DNA from: Flavobacteriales bacterium
GTDB lineage: Bacteria; Bacteroidota; Bacteroidia; Flavobacteriales; Flavobacteriaceae
Assembly (NCBI GenBank): GCA_011525015.1
Contig: WTJC01000023.1
Span: forward strand, 2,062-66,061
DNA: 64,000 nucleotides
Direction: 5' to 3'
Position numbers and translations under genes: made by a program. The first letter of the stretch is position 1; each line of letters opens with the position of its first letter. The notes beneath the pieces were generated by a model, which was given only the letters and a program-made list of their open reading frames with translations, did not search any database and had not been told where the DNA came from. Below are positions 34,383 through 44,726 of this stretch, in pieces.

Positions 34383-37058
34383 TTATAAATTGTATTTGAG
34401 TTTAAAAACAATAAATCGAGGTTGAACAATATATTGTGAAGTGTTAAAAAACAATTCATTAAAACTATCCTGGTTCAGGTTGCGATTATTCCCCAAATTT
34501 TTGGCCTCAAGTATAAATTCCCATTTACTGTCTTCTTTTTGAAACGATAAATTGGCATTTAAAAAAGAATAGCTATTTGAGACGGTATCGGCCTTATCGT
34601 AGTAATTGTAATAATCGTAATCTACGACCAAAACAAAATGCTTTAAAAAGGCAGCATCAAACTTCAGGTAAGGTCTCTCGGTGTAAAAGATTGAACTCGT
34701 GGTACCCGTGTTGTAGTCACTTACTGCAAAACGGTAACCCAGCTCTAAATTTGGAGCATTCACAAAACTACTTCCCAATGAAAGCAGGTAATTGTGATTC
34801 AAGGATTGAGAATTTTGAGCCCTGTCGTTAATGACATTAAAGGTATTTGAATAATTTACTCCCGCTCTTGAACCGATCTTAATACGACCAAAAGTTTGCT
34901 GGTAATTCCCTGAGAAGGATGCAGACTCGTCTTGGAAATTCGAATTGATGGTCGTTCTAACTTGATTTATTCCGCCGATAAGCGCTGAACTTTTGAGGGC
35001 ATCTATTCGCTTATTATAAGAGGCGTTGAAAAATATATTTCGCTGAGAAAACATATTGAAACTGAAAAAACTCAAATTCAAGGAGTGAAAAAGAGCCGAC
35101 TCTAAATTTCTATTTCCCGCAAATAATACATTGTAATTATTGAATAACAATCCTTCAGCGAAATTGTTGACGTCTGTGAATGATCGGGTCACCCTGTAGT
35201 TTAAGCGAATACTTTCGGATTGTTTGAATTGGTAGTTTGCAAAAAATTCAGGTAAAATATGAGTGTAATCTCGAGTTATTTCTTCTCCTAATTGCTGGTC
35301 ATTGGTGGTATAACGGTGGGCCAATAGACCGGGGTTGATCGTCAAATCTCCATACTTGGCTTTAAAATACAATCCTACAAAACGATCTTTAAAATTGAAG
35401 GCTACATCATTGTTGAACTGAGCTGAATTGAAATCGAGGTTTTGATTGTTGTCGAGTCGCTGAAAGATAGACGAATTGAACTCTTGATTGCTTTCAATTC
35501 CTCCCAGAGTGACATTTAAATTTGTGTTTGGAGAGGTAATTAAAAAGTAATCTAATTTTAAATCTACCCTTTTGGTCGTTACATCTTGTGCTTGATTGAT
35601 GTTGTAAAAATTTTGGGTTTGATCAAAGGGAATCAAATCTAAAAAGGGTTGTTGCTGACGAATACTTTGATAAAAAGGGTCTTCTGTTGCATTTTCGGTT
35701 TTGAGTTCTGCCGCTATAATATTGGAGTCGTTCAAGGTCCAATACACGTTTGAGGATTGCGAAATTGTGACTGGTTTTTGATTTTGATTTTCTTCGATCA
35801 AATCAGTCACTGTAGATTGGGTTAAGGTATTACTGCGCTCTCTTTCTTCATTGGTTCGCACTAGCACATCATACTCCCATTGAAATCGATCTGAGGGTTT
35901 AAAACGCGTTGAGAATTTAGCAATACCCAAAGCGACATTTTGCAAATTATTGGTAGACACCGTCTCTAAAAGATTTGTAGTGACAAAGGTTCTTCTCGTT
36001 AGTCGCTCAATCTCTGTTTCGGCATCTGAAAAAATTCCAAAGCCTGTAAGCAGCCACTTTTCAGAAGGTTTATACGAAAAGTTTAATGCCGCAAATTTTG
36101 AAACCACTGACTTTGCAGTATTGTTTTGGGTAAGTGACAGGCCTAAACCTGCTGAAGTCGTACTAAAATTAGTCCCAGTGTTTTGATTGGTGGCGCCTCT
36201 AAATCCACCTGTGAAACTCCAATAATCTCTTCCACTAAAAGCAACCTCTCCGATATTGTTCGCATCGGTTAGCAAACTCAAACTGTACTTAGGGGAATAG
36301 TAAAACAGCTTTGGGTGTAGGCTATACCTATCACTATTACCAAGCCCTGCGCTTATTTCGCCAAACCAAAACTTCTTTTTTCCTTCTTTGAGCTTGATGT
36401 TTAAAGCGATATTATCTTGATTGTTGGTCACTGAACTCAGTTGAGAAACTTCGGTGTAATTGCGTAGCACCTCAACCTTTTTAAGGGCGTCTGCCGGAAT
36501 GTTTTTGGCTGCTAATTTTGAATCTCCATCAAAGAAATCCTCACCCTCAACCATCACCTTTGTGACTCGCTTACCTTCAACTTCTATTTGACCGTCGTCG
36601 TTGACCTCTACTCCTGGTAATTTGTCTAATACATCTTCTAATTTCTTTTCTGTTCCACTGACAAAAGAATCTGTATTGTACACAATGGTATCTCCTTGAA
36701 TGGTAATGGGAATCTCATAAACCACTTCTACCTCATCTAAGTTTTGAGGTTGAGCCTCAAGAACGACATCGAACAAAATATCTTGATCTTCGGTTGTCAA
36801 GTTGAACTCTTTTGGCTTAAAACCCAAATAACTGAACTTGAGTTGATAGGTCGTTTCTGACTTGAGATTTATTTTATAGTATCCTTGTGAATCACTGATA
36901 CCAAATGATTCTAAGAGTTGGGATTCAGCATTTATAGCTACAACATTAGCCACGTCTAAAGGGAGTCCAATACTATCTGTAACTACACCTTCAATTTTGA
37001 TTTGAGCAAAAGCCTGCACGCTTAGCAACAAGCTTAAGACAAGATAAATTTTACGCAT
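34383..37058 (-). CDS. Outer-membrane beta-barrel protein, TonB-dependent-receptor-like, with an N-terminal carboxypeptidase-regulatory-like domain
   Basis: 891 aa with a signal peptide (LLLSVQAFAQ) and a CarbopepD_reg-like start (IKIEGVVTDSIGLPLDVANV...YYKINL). A plug-like segment (GDTIVYNTDSF...LPGVEVNDDGQIEVEGKRVTKVMVEGEDFF) is followed by a long Asn/Ser/Tyr-rich barrel. Confidence 0.75.
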   Translation of the reverse strand: MRKIYLVLSLLLSVQAFAQIKIEGVVTDSIGLPLDVANVVAINAESQLLESFGISDSQGYYKINLKSETTYQLKFSYLGFKPKEFNLTTEDQDILFDVVLEAQPQNLDEVEVVYEIPITIQGDTIVYNTDSFVSGTEKKLEDVLDKLPGVEVNDDGQIEVEGKRVTKVMVEGEDFFDGDSKLAAKNIPADALKKVEVLRNYTEVSQLSSVTNNQDNIALNIKLKEGKKKFWFGEISAGLGNSDRYSLHPKLFYYSPKYSLSLLTDANNIGEVAFSGRDYWSFTGGFRGATNQNTGTNFSTTSAGLGLSLTQNNTAKSVVSKFAALNFSYKPSEKWLLTGFGIFSDAETEIERLTRRTFVTTNLLETVSTNNLQNVALGIAKFSTRFKPSDRFQWEYDVLVRTNEERERSNTLTQSTVTDLIEENQNQKPVTISQSSNVYWTLNDSNIIAAELKTENATEDPFYQSIRQQQPFLDLIPFDQTQNFYNINQAQDVTTKRVDLKLDYFLITSPNTNLNVTLGGIESNQEFNSSIFQRLDNNQNLDFNSAQFNNDVAFNFKDRFVGLYFKAKYGDLTINPGLLAHRYTTNDQQLGEEITRDYTHILPEFFANYQFKQSESIRLNYRVTRSFTDVNNFAEGLLFNNYNVLFAGNRNLESALFHSLNLSFFSFNMFSQRNIFFNASYNKRIDALKSSALIGGINQVRTTINSNFQDESASFSGNYQQTFGRIKIGSRAGVNYSNTFNVINDRAQNSQSLNHNYLLSLGSSFVNAPNLELGYRFAVSDYNTGTTSSIFYTERPYLKFDAAFLKHFVLVVDYDYYNYYDKADTVSNSYSFLNANLSFQKEDSKWEFILEAKNLGNNRNLNQDSFNELFFNTSQYIVQPRFIVFKLKYNL

Positions 37059-37066
37059 CAGCTGGT

Positions 37067-38008
37067 TTAATTTTGAATGCGGATAGAGACGCCTCTTCCT
37101 GATGCCCCACGTCGGCCATCGCCAGCTCTAAAGCGCTCAGACATCTCTTCCATTTTATCTGCCATAATGGTATTGTATTCGCTTTGAGTGACTTTCTTGC
37201 CTTTCGATGGTCTTTTAATTTTTTCTTCGGCTTCTTGGTTCAATCGAATTTCTGAACATAGTAATGAAGATCTCCCATCGTTAATTTCAAGAATAAGACC
37301 CGGCAAACCCCAGTAATCAGAAGGCCCTTGACTCACAGGAATTTCAGGAGTAAACCATGCGGTGATTTCGGGATTTTCATCTACTCCGATTCTCGAGAGT
37401 AATCCTCCGCGTCTTGGTCGTTCTTTTGTTTCTGTACTATCTTTTTCTTCTTTTGGGTTGGCTTTGGCTTGCATCTGCTCAAAACGCTTGACCAAAACAG
37501 TATCTCTGACTCGTTTAGCTGTAGCCTTATAACAGGTATAGTTTCCTATTTTTTTGGTTTCTGGATGCATTTTCCACTCCCATTTTGGCAATTCATCTTC
37601 AATTAAAAACACTTTGCCAAAAAGCTCATTTTCATTCAGATAAATTTTTTCTTGAATGTTTTTGTAATATGCTGAACCTGGTCCTCCCATACCTGCAAAA
37701 ACCATTCGCATTCCCCCAGCTCCTGCGCCAGTTTCAAGCTGTTCTTGTTCTTTATATGAAGATTCCTTTTGACTGAAAGTCAGTTCAAAAGTCTTTTCTG
37801 ACATTTTCTTCATTCGCTCCATGATCATTTGCTTTTGAGCATCAGGAATATTTCTCCCGTCTAAAGAAATTTCAATTTTAGTTTTGGACTGGTAAATGGC
37901 TTTTCCTTGTAGCTCTTGGGCATGTAAAATTGAAAAGGTGGAAAGGGCACAAATAAAAAAGAAGTTCTTGATCATATCAATTGGTTTAGTTTTTTGACTC
38001 TTTGGCAA
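37067..38008 (-). CDS. GLPGLI-family protein (Bacteroidetes-specific, function unknown)
   Basis: 313 aa containing the eponymous motif (YWGLPGLILEI). It has a signal peptide if started at the internal ATG 37975 (MIKNFFFICALSTFSILHAQ). Lies immediately upstream of the barrel protein. Confidence 0.75.
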   Translation of the reverse strand: MPKSQKTKPIDMIKNFFFICALSTFSILHAQELQGKAIYQSKTKIEISLDGRNIPDAQKQMIMERMKKMSEKTFELTFSQKESSYKEQEQLETGAGAGGMRMVFAGMGGPGSAYYKNIQEKIYLNENELFGKVFLIEDELPKWEWKMHPETKKIGNYTCYKATAKRVRDTVLVKRFEQMQAKANPKEEKDSTETKERPRRGGLLSRIGVDENPEITAWFTPEIPVSQGPSDYWGLPGLILEINDGRSSLLCSEIRLNQEAEEKIKRPSKGKKVTQSEYNTIMADKMEEMSERFRAGDGRRGASGRGVSIRIQN

Positions 38009-38041
38009 TAAAAAAGTTTAACATCAAATTTTATAACCGAA

Positions 38042-38049
38042 CAAAATTA
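38042..38049 (-). promoter_or_regulatory. Candidate -7 box (TAATTTTG) for the GLPGLI/barrel gene pair
   Basis: The minus strand matches TAnnTTTG upstream of both candidate start codons (38008 and 37975). Confidence 0.3.
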
Positions 38050-38078
38050 ACGAAATTCACGTTTCAAAATCTTATTAC

Positions 38079-38693
38079 ATGCATATTGCGATCGCTGGTA
38101 ACATTGGAGCCGGCAAAACAACTTTGACCGATTTATTAGCTAAGCACTACAATTGGACACCACAATTCGAAGATGTATTAGAAAATCCATATTTGAATGA
38201 CTTCTACACGCATATGGAGCGTTGGAGTTTCAATTTGCAGATTTATTTTCTGAATACTCGATTTCGCCAAATTCTAAATATTAGAAAAGGAGATCAAACA
38301 GTGATTCAAGATAGAACCATTTATGAAGACGCACATATTTTCGCGCCTAACCTGCATAGCATGGGTCTTATGACTAAAAGAGATTTTGACAATTATCAGG
38401 AGTTATTCAGTCTTATGGAATCTTTAGTACAACCTCCTGATATTTTAATCTACCTGAGAAGTTCAATTCCCAACTTGGTCAAACAAATTCACAAACGCGG
38501 TCGTGATTATGAAAGTAGCATCTCGATTGATTACTTGAGTAAATTGAATGATCGCTATGAAATGTGGGTAGAGAATTACACCAAAGGCAAACTCATCGTA
38601 TTCGATGTCGACGATTTGGATTTTGTCGACAACTTAGATGACTTAGGCAAAATCATCAATCGCATAGAAGCAGAAATAAACGGATTATTTTAA
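38079..38693 (+). CDS. Deoxynucleoside kinase
   Basis: 204 aa with P-loop IAGNIGAGKTTL, ENPYL..FY and DR(T/S)IYED motifs of the dNK/dCK/dGK family. Confidence 0.9.
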   Translation: MHIAIAGNIGAGKTTLTDLLAKHYNWTPQFEDVLENPYLNDFYTHMERWSFNLQIYFLNTRFRQILNIRKGDQTVIQDRTIYEDAHIFAPNLHSMGLMTKRDFDNYQELFSLMESLVQPPDILIYLRSSIPNLVKQIHKRGRDYESSISIDYLSKLNDRYEMWVENYTKGKLIVFDVDDLDFVDNLDDLGKIINRIEAEINGLF

Positions 38694-38728
38694 TAAAAAA
38701 AGCCTAGAATGTTCTAGGCTTTTTTTTA
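38694..38728. terminator. Bidirectional intrinsic terminator between convergent dNK and pyrophosphatase genes
   Basis: Perfect inverted repeat AGCCTAGAA-TG-TTCTAGGCT (38701..38720), flanked by A7 (38694..38700) and T8 (38721..38728). Confidence 0.85.
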
Positions 38729-38745
38729 TTTTTCAAGGCTCTACC

Positions 38746-41112
38746 TTAGTTCAATCGAACTTCAGGATGCTCTTTAGCGAGTATAGCTTTTAACTCTTCT
38801 TCAGAATTTGCTTTGTATTCCATCTCTTTGATTTCAACTACACCATCGGTGTCTGTTTTCTCCATCACAGTGGCTACAAGTTCACCTGATTCTACCTTCT
38901 CTACATCTACAGAAACAATCTTAGCGATTTCTGTTTTTTCAACTTGTTGATCTGCGTTATAAGCGCTTAGGTCTTCGTCTGCAACTAAACTCGGTGCAAT
39001 TACTAAAGCAACAACTGACATTAATTTCAACAAGATATTTAAAGAAGGTCCTGAGGTATCTTTGAATGGATCTCCAACAGTATCACCAACCACAGCTGCC
39101 TTGTGAGCTTCTGTACCTTTTCTACCATCACTTTCGATCGTTTTCTTTGCATTATCCCAAGCTCCTCCAGCATTAGATTGGAAAATCGCCATTAAAACTC
39201 CTGCTGTTGTAACACCAGCTAAAAGTCCTCCTAACATTGACGCTCCACCGATAAATCCAACGGCTACAGGAACAACAATAGCCAAGAGACCTGGAAATAC
39301 CATTTCTCTAATTGAGGCTCTAGTAGAAATCTCAACACATTTGTCGTATTCGGCTACTCCGTCTGCTGCATCAAAAATCGCTCGATCTTCTGGAGTTGCT
39401 TTTTCAATATCTGAATCGTATTTGCGCATCACCTCTAAAGCAGCTTTTAAAGCTGGGATGTCTCTAAATTGACGACGTACCTCTTCAATCATTGCCATTG
39501 CAGCTCTACCTACAGCGTTCATCGATAAGGCTGAGAATACAAATGGAAGCATAGAACCTAATAATAGACCCGCCATAATTGTCGGTTGTGAAACGTCGAT
39601 CGAAGTTACTTTAGCCGTCTTCATAAAGGCTGCGAATAATGCTAATGCAGTTAAAGCTGCAGAAGCGATTGCAAATCCTTTACCGATAGCTGCAGTAGTG
39701 TTTCCTACAGCATCTAATTTATCTGTACGTTCTCTAACTTCTGAAGGCAACTCTGCCATTTCAGCAATTCCTCCAGCGTTATCTGAGATAGGACCATAGG
39801 CATCAACCGCCAACTGAATTCCTGTATTAGCAAGCATACCAACAGCTGCGATAGCAATACCGTATAAACCTGCAAAGTGGTGTGAAACTAAAATAGCAGC
39901 AGCGATTAAGATAATCGGAATTGCTGTTGACATCATTCCTACACCAAGACCTGCAATTATATTCGTCGCAGCACCAGTCTCTGACTGTCTTACGATATCG
40001 TTAACAGGACGCTTACCTGTTCCTGTATAGTATTCTGTTACTTTTCCGACGAGAAGCCCAGCAATCAATCCAGCAATTGTCGCATAGAACACACCGTTAG
40101 AAGAAAATTCTTTTCCGCCCTCAACCCATGATTCAGGTAAAAACTCACCAATCAAAAAGTAAGAAGCGACCAACATCAATCCGGCTGAACCAAATTCTCC
40201 TAAATTAAGAGCCGTTTGAGGATCTCCACCTTCTTTTACTTTTACGAAGAAGGTTCCGATGATTGACATGATAATTCCAGCTGCAGCAAGTGCTAGTGGT
40301 AAATACACTGCACCTAATCCGTTAAAAGAGGCTTGGAATTCAGGTAATACTACAAAAGTAGCTCCCAAAACCATGGTACCGATAATAGACCCTACATAAG
40401 ATTCGAAAAGGTCAGCTCCCATTCCCGCAACATCTCCAACATTGTCTCCAACATTATCCGCAATAGTTGCTGGGTTTAGCGGGTGGTCTTCTGGTATTCC
40501 AGCTTCTACCTTACCTACTAAGTCAGCACCTACATCTGCTGCTTTGGTATAAATACCACCACCTACTCTTGCGAAGAGCGCAATAGAAGAGGCTCCAAGT
40601 GAAAATCCTGAAAGTACGTTAAGTACCATAGCAATTTCCCATCCTTGGTTGCTGTATAACATAAATAATCCGCCAAGTCCAAGAACACCTAATCCTACAA
40701 CACCTAATCCCATGACGGCTCCACCAGCAAATGCTACTTCTAAAGCCTTGCTTAAGGAAACTTGAGCTGCATTAGTTGTTCTAACATTAGCCTTGGTTGC
40801 AACACGCATTCCAATGAATCCAGCAAGAGCTGAACAGATAGCACCTATAATAAAAGAAACAGCTACCATTCCATTAGAACCTGCCTCGCTTTGCCCTTTG
40901 AAATAAAGAAGTACCGCTACGGCTGCTACAAAGACTGATAATATTTTATACTCTGCTTTTAGAAAGGACATTGCACCATCTGCAATGTTCTTCGCAATAC
41001 CAGCCATTTTCTCGTTTCCGACTGCTTGCTTAGAAACCCAACTGTTTTTTACTAAAACAAAAAGTAATCCTAAAATTCCAAAAGCCCATAAATAGGGAAC
41101 TAATGCCTCCAT
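38746..41112 (-). CDS. hppA: Membrane-bound ion-translocating pyrophosphatase, K+-dependent subfamily, with a ~79-aa C-terminal soluble extension
   Basis: 788 aa with motifs [21 protein letters not shown] and [16 protein letters not shown]. Ala in GNTTAA marks the K+-dependent subfamily. H+ versus Na+ specificity cannot be settled by eye. Confidence 0.93.
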   Translation of the reverse strand: MEALVPYLWAFGILGLLFVLVKNSWVSKQAVGNEKMAGIAKNIADGAMSFLKAEYKILSVFVAAVAVLLYFKGQSEAGSNGMVAVSFIIGAICSALAGFIGMRVATKANVRTTNAAQVSLSKALEVAFAGGAVMGLGVVGLGVLGLGGLFMLYSNQGWEIAMVLNVLSGFSLGASSIALFARVGGGIYTKAADVGADLVGKVEAGIPEDHPLNPATIADNVGDNVGDVAGMGADLFESYVGSIIGTMVLGATFVVLPEFQASFNGLGAVYLPLALAAAGIIMSIIGTFFVKVKEGGDPQTALNLGEFGSAGLMLVASYFLIGEFLPESWVEGGKEFSSNGVFYATIAGLIAGLLVGKVTEYYTGTGKRPVNDIVRQSETGAATNIIAGLGVGMMSTAIPIILIAAAILVSHHFAGLYGIAIAAVGMLANTGIQLAVDAYGPISDNAGGIAEMAELPSEVRERTDKLDAVGNTTAAIGKGFAIASAALTALALFAAFMKTAKVTSIDVSQPTIMAGLLLGSMLPFVFSALSMNAVGRAAMAMIEEVRRQFRDIPALKAALEVMRKYDSDIEKATPEDRAIFDAADGVAEYDKCVEISTRASIREMVFPGLLAIVVPVAVGFIGGASMLGGLLAGVTTAGVLMAIFQSNAGGAWDNAKKTIESDGRKGTEAHKAAVVGDTVGDPFKDTSGPSLNILLKLMSVVALVIAPSLVADEDLSAYNADQQVEKTEIAKIVSVDVEKVESGELVATVMEKTDTDGVVEIKEMEYKANSEEELKAILAKEHPEVRLN

Positions 41113-41155
41113 AATATATATTTAGATTTATTTATAATGTAGATTTTAATGAGCG

Positions 41156-41185
41156 CAAATGTACTAAAAACAATGAACTATCAAA
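41156..41185 (-). promoter_or_regulatory. Candidate Bacteroidetes-type promoter (-33 TTTG / -7 TACATTTG) for hppA
   Basis: Minus strand TTTG (41185..41182), an 18-nt spacer, then TACATTTG (41163..41156). The -7 box ends 43 nt upstream of the hppA ATG at 41112. Confidence 0.4.
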
Positions 41186-41222
41186 CTCAACTCTTCGAAT
41201 AATAGTCTATTCTAGTAACAGC

Positions 41223-42203
41223 TTATTGCTTGTACATAACCGTTTTAACCGCCTTAACTACATCTTGTGCGTTAGGCAACCACTCTTGCAATAAAACTGG
41301 TGAATAAGGTGCAGGGGTGTCGGCAGTATTCAATTTTACAATCGGTGCATCTAAATAATCAAATGCTTGAGCTTGTACTTGATAGGTTATTTCAGTAGCT
41401 ATATTTCCAAAAGGCCATGCCTCTTCTAGTATGACCAAACGGTTTGTTTTTTTCACTGAATTGATGATTGCATCATGATCCATTGGTCTTATGGTTCTCA
41501 AATCGATAATTTCAATTGAAATACCTTCTTTTTCTAAAATATCAGCTGCCTTGTAGGCTTCTTTGATGATCTTACCGAAAGAAACCACAGTCACGTCTTT
41601 TCCTTCTCTAGGAATTGAAGCTTGACCTAATGGAATGAGGTATTCTCCTTCAGGCACTTCTCCTTTGTCACCATACATTTGCTCAGACTCCATGAAAATA
41701 ACTGGGTCGTCGTCTCTAATAGCTGACTTCAATAAGCCTTTAGCATCTGCTGGATTAGATGGCACGACCACTTTAAGACCAGGGCAGTTTGCATACCAAC
41801 TCTCAAAGGCTTGAGAATGGGTTGCTGCAAGTTGACCTGCTGAAGCGGTAGGACCTCTGAAAACCATAGGAATATTGAACTGACCGGCAGACATCTGTCT
41901 CATTTTTGCTGCGTTGTTGATGATTTGATCGATACCAACTAGAGAGAAATTAAAGGTCATAAATTCAATTATGGGTCTATTGCCATTCATGGCAGAACCA
42001 ACTCCAATTCCTGCGAATCCCATTTCTGAAATCGGCGTATCTAAAACGCGATCCGGACCAAATTCATCAAGCATTCCTTTAGAGGCTTTGTAGGCACCGT
42101 TGTATTCGGCGACCTCTTCTCCCATGAGGTAAATGGTTTCATCTCTCCTCATTTCTTCTGACATTGCTTCCGCTATTGCTTCTCTAAATTGTAAGGTTTT
42201 CAT
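41223..42203 (-). CDS. pdhB: Pyruvate/2-oxoacid dehydrogenase E1 component beta subunit
   Basis: 326 aa, typical transketolase-like pyrimidine-binding plus C-terminal domains (MGEEVAEYNGAYK, FAGIGVGSA). No alpha subunit within the window. Confidence 0.9.
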   Translation of the reverse strand: MKTLQFREAIAEAMSEEMRRDETIYLMGEEVAEYNGAYKASKGMLDEFGPDRVLDTPISEMGFAGIGVGSAMNGNRPIIEFMTFNFSLVGIDQIINNAAKMRQMSAGQFNIPMVFRGPTASAGQLAATHSQAFESWYANCPGLKVVVPSNPADAKGLLKSAIRDDDPVIFMESEQMYGDKGEVPEGEYLIPLGQASIPREGKDVTVVSFGKIIKEAYKAADILEKEGISIEIIDLRTIRPMDHDAIINSVKKTNRLVILEEAWPFGNIATEITYQVQAQAFDYLDAPIVKLNTADTPAPYSPVLLQEWLPNAQDVVKAVKTVMYKQ

Positions 42204-42311
42204 AAGTGCTAAATTTCGACGGCTAAATTAATACTTTTCTTTTAGGAGCCAATAGCTGTTTTGAGGGAAAAAATTAAATTATGCATGCATAGTAAATTGA
42301 GATAATATTTA

Positions 42312-42319
42312 TAAATTTG
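42312..42319 (+). promoter_or_regulatory. Candidate -7 box (TAAATTTG) for etfB-etfA
   Basis: TAnnTTTG match 27 nt upstream of the etfB ATG at 42347. Confidence 0.35.
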
Positions 42320-42346
42320 AAGGGTAAAGAAGTTTAAGTAATTTTT

Positions 42347-43093
42347 ATGAAAATAGCAGTCTGCATCAGTGCTGTTCCAGACACTACGAGCAAGATAAAT
42401 TTTGTTGAAAACAACACCGTTTTCGACCGCGAAGGGGTTCAATTTGTCATCAATCCCAACGACGAGTTTGGGCTTACCCGAGCCGTTTGGTTTAAAGAAA
42501 AAAACCAGGCTGAAATTACGGTGATAAATGTGGGTCTCTCAGACACAGAAGCAATATTGAGAAAAGCCATTGCCATTGGCGCAGATCATGCCGTAAGAAT
42601 TAATGCCAACCCAACCGATTCTGCTTATGTTGCAGGGCAACTCGGCAGCTACCTTAAGCAGCACAACTTTGATTTGATTATTACAGGTAAAGAATCCATC
42701 GATTTTAATGGAGGAATGGTTCACGGAATGCTTGCAGAAATGCTAAATATAGAAGTGGTTCACGCCTGTACTTCACTTGAAATTGAAAATAACAAGGCTG
42801 AAATCGCTAGAGAAATCGATGGAGGAACTGAACACCTCAGTTGTGACTTACCTCTAATTATCAGTGGCCAAAAAGGTTTGGTTGAAGAAAGCGATTTGAA
42901 GATTCCCAATATGCGAGGAATCATGACCGCTCGCAAAAAAGTCATTGAGGTCATCGAAGCAGAAGACATCGATTGTAAAACAGCTGATACCGCTTTTGAA
43001 AAGCCAAGCAAAAAAGCCGAAGTAGAGCTCATTGATGCTGAAAATTTAGATGAGCTTATCCAAAAATTACACAAAGAAGCTAAAGTTATTTAA
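42347..43093 (+). CDS. etfB: Electron transfer flavoprotein beta subunit
   Basis: 248 aa, MKIAVCISAVPDTTSKI..., typical EtfB. Followed directly by etfA. Confidence 0.92.
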   Translation: MKIAVCISAVPDTTSKINFVENNTVFDREGVQFVINPNDEFGLTRAVWFKEKNQAEITVINVGLSDTEAILRKAIAIGADHAVRINANPTDSAYVAGQLGSYLKQHNFDLIITGKESIDFNGGMVHGMLAEMLNIEVVHACTSLEIENNKAEIAREIDGGTEHLSCDLPLIISGQKGLVEESDLKIPNMRGIMTARKKVIEVIEAEDIDCKTADTAFEKPSKKAEVELIDAENLDELIQKLHKEAKVI

Positions 43094-43094
43094 C

Positions 43095-44060
43095 ATGGGA
43101 ATACTTATTGTTTTAGAATCAGAAAAGGGTCAGTTGAAATCTAATTCAGGAGAATTACTCAGCTACGGAAAAGCTTTGGGAAACTTCATGGCAACTGACG
43201 TATTCGCACTCAGTATAAATTGCAGTGCACAAAGTTCAGTTGAAAAATACGGTGTATCAAAAGCTATTGAAGTCCATAGTGAGCACCTACAATCATTTAA
43301 TGCTAAAAACTATGCCGATTGTGTGGCAGAGGTCAGCCGAAAATTGAACTGTGATATCATCGTAGTTTCAAGTTCGACCAACGCCAAGTACATGTCTGGA
43401 ATTTTAGCCCAAAAATTACAAGCCTCTTACACCAATAATATAGTAGACCTTCCTATCGAGAAAAGCCCGTTTACTGTGAAGCGAAGCGTTTACAGTAATA
43501 AGGCATTTGCCCATACAGAATTGAATGCCGCAGTGAAAATTCTCGGTTTGACAAAAAACAGTTTTGGTCAAACCTTAGAACAGACTGAAACAAAAACTGA
43601 ATCATTAGAGGTTACCACTAGTAGTAGCTCGGCACTTGAAATTAAAGGCCAAGATACACTTGAAGGTCAGGTTTCAATCGCTGATGCCGATGTTGTCGTT
43701 TCTGGAGGAAGAGGTCTTAAAGGACCCGAGAACTGGAATATGATTGAAGATTTGGCCGAAGTTTTGGGAGCTGCCACTGCTTGTTCAAAACCGGTTTCTG
43801 ACATGGGGTGGAGACCTCATTCTGAACACGTCGGACAAACAGGAAAGCCTGTAGCGAGTAATCTTTATATCGCCATCGGGATTTCTGGTGCTATTCAGCA
43901 CTTGGCCGGTGTGAGCTCTTCAAAAGTCAAAGTCGTCATCAATACCGATGCTGAAGCCCCATTTGTAAAGGCTGCTGATTACGCGGTAATCGGAGACGCC
44001 TTCGAAGTTGTTCCTCAATTAATTGAAAAATTAAAAGCCTTTAAAATTCAAAACGGATAA
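43095..44060 (+). CDS. etfA: Electron transfer flavoprotein alpha subunit
   Basis: I prefer the ATG at 43095 (MGILIVLE...), 1 nt after the etfB stop, over the track start at 43050, which lies inside etfB. C-terminal FAD-binding motif GISGAIQHLAG. Confidence 0.92.
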   Translation: MGILIVLESEKGQLKSNSGELLSYGKALGNFMATDVFALSINCSAQSSVEKYGVSKAIEVHSEHLQSFNAKNYADCVAEVSRKLNCDIIVVSSSTNAKYMSGILAQKLQASYTNNIVDLPIEKSPFTVKRSVYSNKAFAHTELNAAVKILGLTKNSFGQTLEQTETKTESLEVTTSSSSALEIKGQDTLEGQVSIADADVVVSGGRGLKGPENWNMIEDLAEVLGAATACSKPVSDMGWRPHSEHVGQTGKPVASNLYIAIGISGAIQHLAGVSSSKVKVVINTDAEAPFVKAADYAVIGDAFEVVPQLIEKLKAFKIQNG

Positions 44061-44093
44061 TTTTTTCATTTCTTTGTCTGTAGTACGCAGTTC

Positions 44094-44726
44094 ATGAAAA
44101 AAATACGTCTCGAAATTAAAGGGTTCACCTATGGTCACAGCAATAACAATGCTTATATCTTAGTCTTAAGAGAAGCTGAGGGAGACCGAAAATTACCAAT
44201 CGTAATTGGTGCCCCTGAAGCTCAAGCCATTGCATTTACTCTTGAGAAAAAATTAAAGACGTCTAGACCTATGACGCACGACGTATTTAAAAACACCTTA
44301 GACCGATTTCAAGTGGATCTCAAAGAAATTATCATCCACAAATTAGAAGACGGTTTGTTTTATTCGAGTTTAATTTGTGAACGCGACGGCATTCAAGAAA
44401 TTATCGATTCTAGAACCAGCGATGCCATTGCCATGGCCCAGCGTTTTAAGGCTCCTATTTACACCTATCCAGAGATTCTAGAACAGGCTGGAATTTACTA
44501 CACCTTTGAAGAAAAAAGTGAAGACCAATCCGATGAGCCTGAAATTGATTTGGAGCAAGAAAATTTTGAAGATTTTGAGCTGACTACTGAAGCCAAAGTC
44601 CAACACAACCCTTATGCTAACTTTAGCATACGTCAACTCAATGAGGAGTTAAAAAAAGCATTGAAGGCTGAAGATTACGAGGCTGCCGCTATGCTTAGAG
44701 ACGAACTTAAAAACAGAGGAAAATAA
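44094..44726 (+). CDS. Bifunctional nuclease family protein (DUF151-type) with a C-terminal UVR motif
   Basis: 210 aa. N-terminal domain resembles DUF151 nucleases (LPIVIGAPEAQAIA...RPMTHD). The C-terminus carries a UvrB/UvrC-like helix (EDYEAAAMLRDELKNR). Confidence 0.7.
   Translation: MKKIRLEIKGFTYGHSNNNAYILVLREAEGDRKLPIVIGAPEAQAIAFTLEKKLKTSRPMTHDVFKNTLDRFQVDLKEIIIHKLEDGLFYSSLICERDGIQEIIDSRTSDAIAMAQRFKAPIYTYPEILEQAGIYYTFEEKSEDQSDEPEIDLEQENFEDFELTTEAKVQHNPYANFSIRQLNEELKKALKAEDYEAAAMLRDELKNRGK

Noticed and set aside
42242-42442. A 66-aa minus-strand ORF spanning the pdhB/etfB divergent intergenic region and the start of etfB.
   Set aside because: It overlaps the etfB start and the candidate etfB promoter. 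It has an AT-rich, low-complexity Asn/Tyr/Leu composition and no supporting features.
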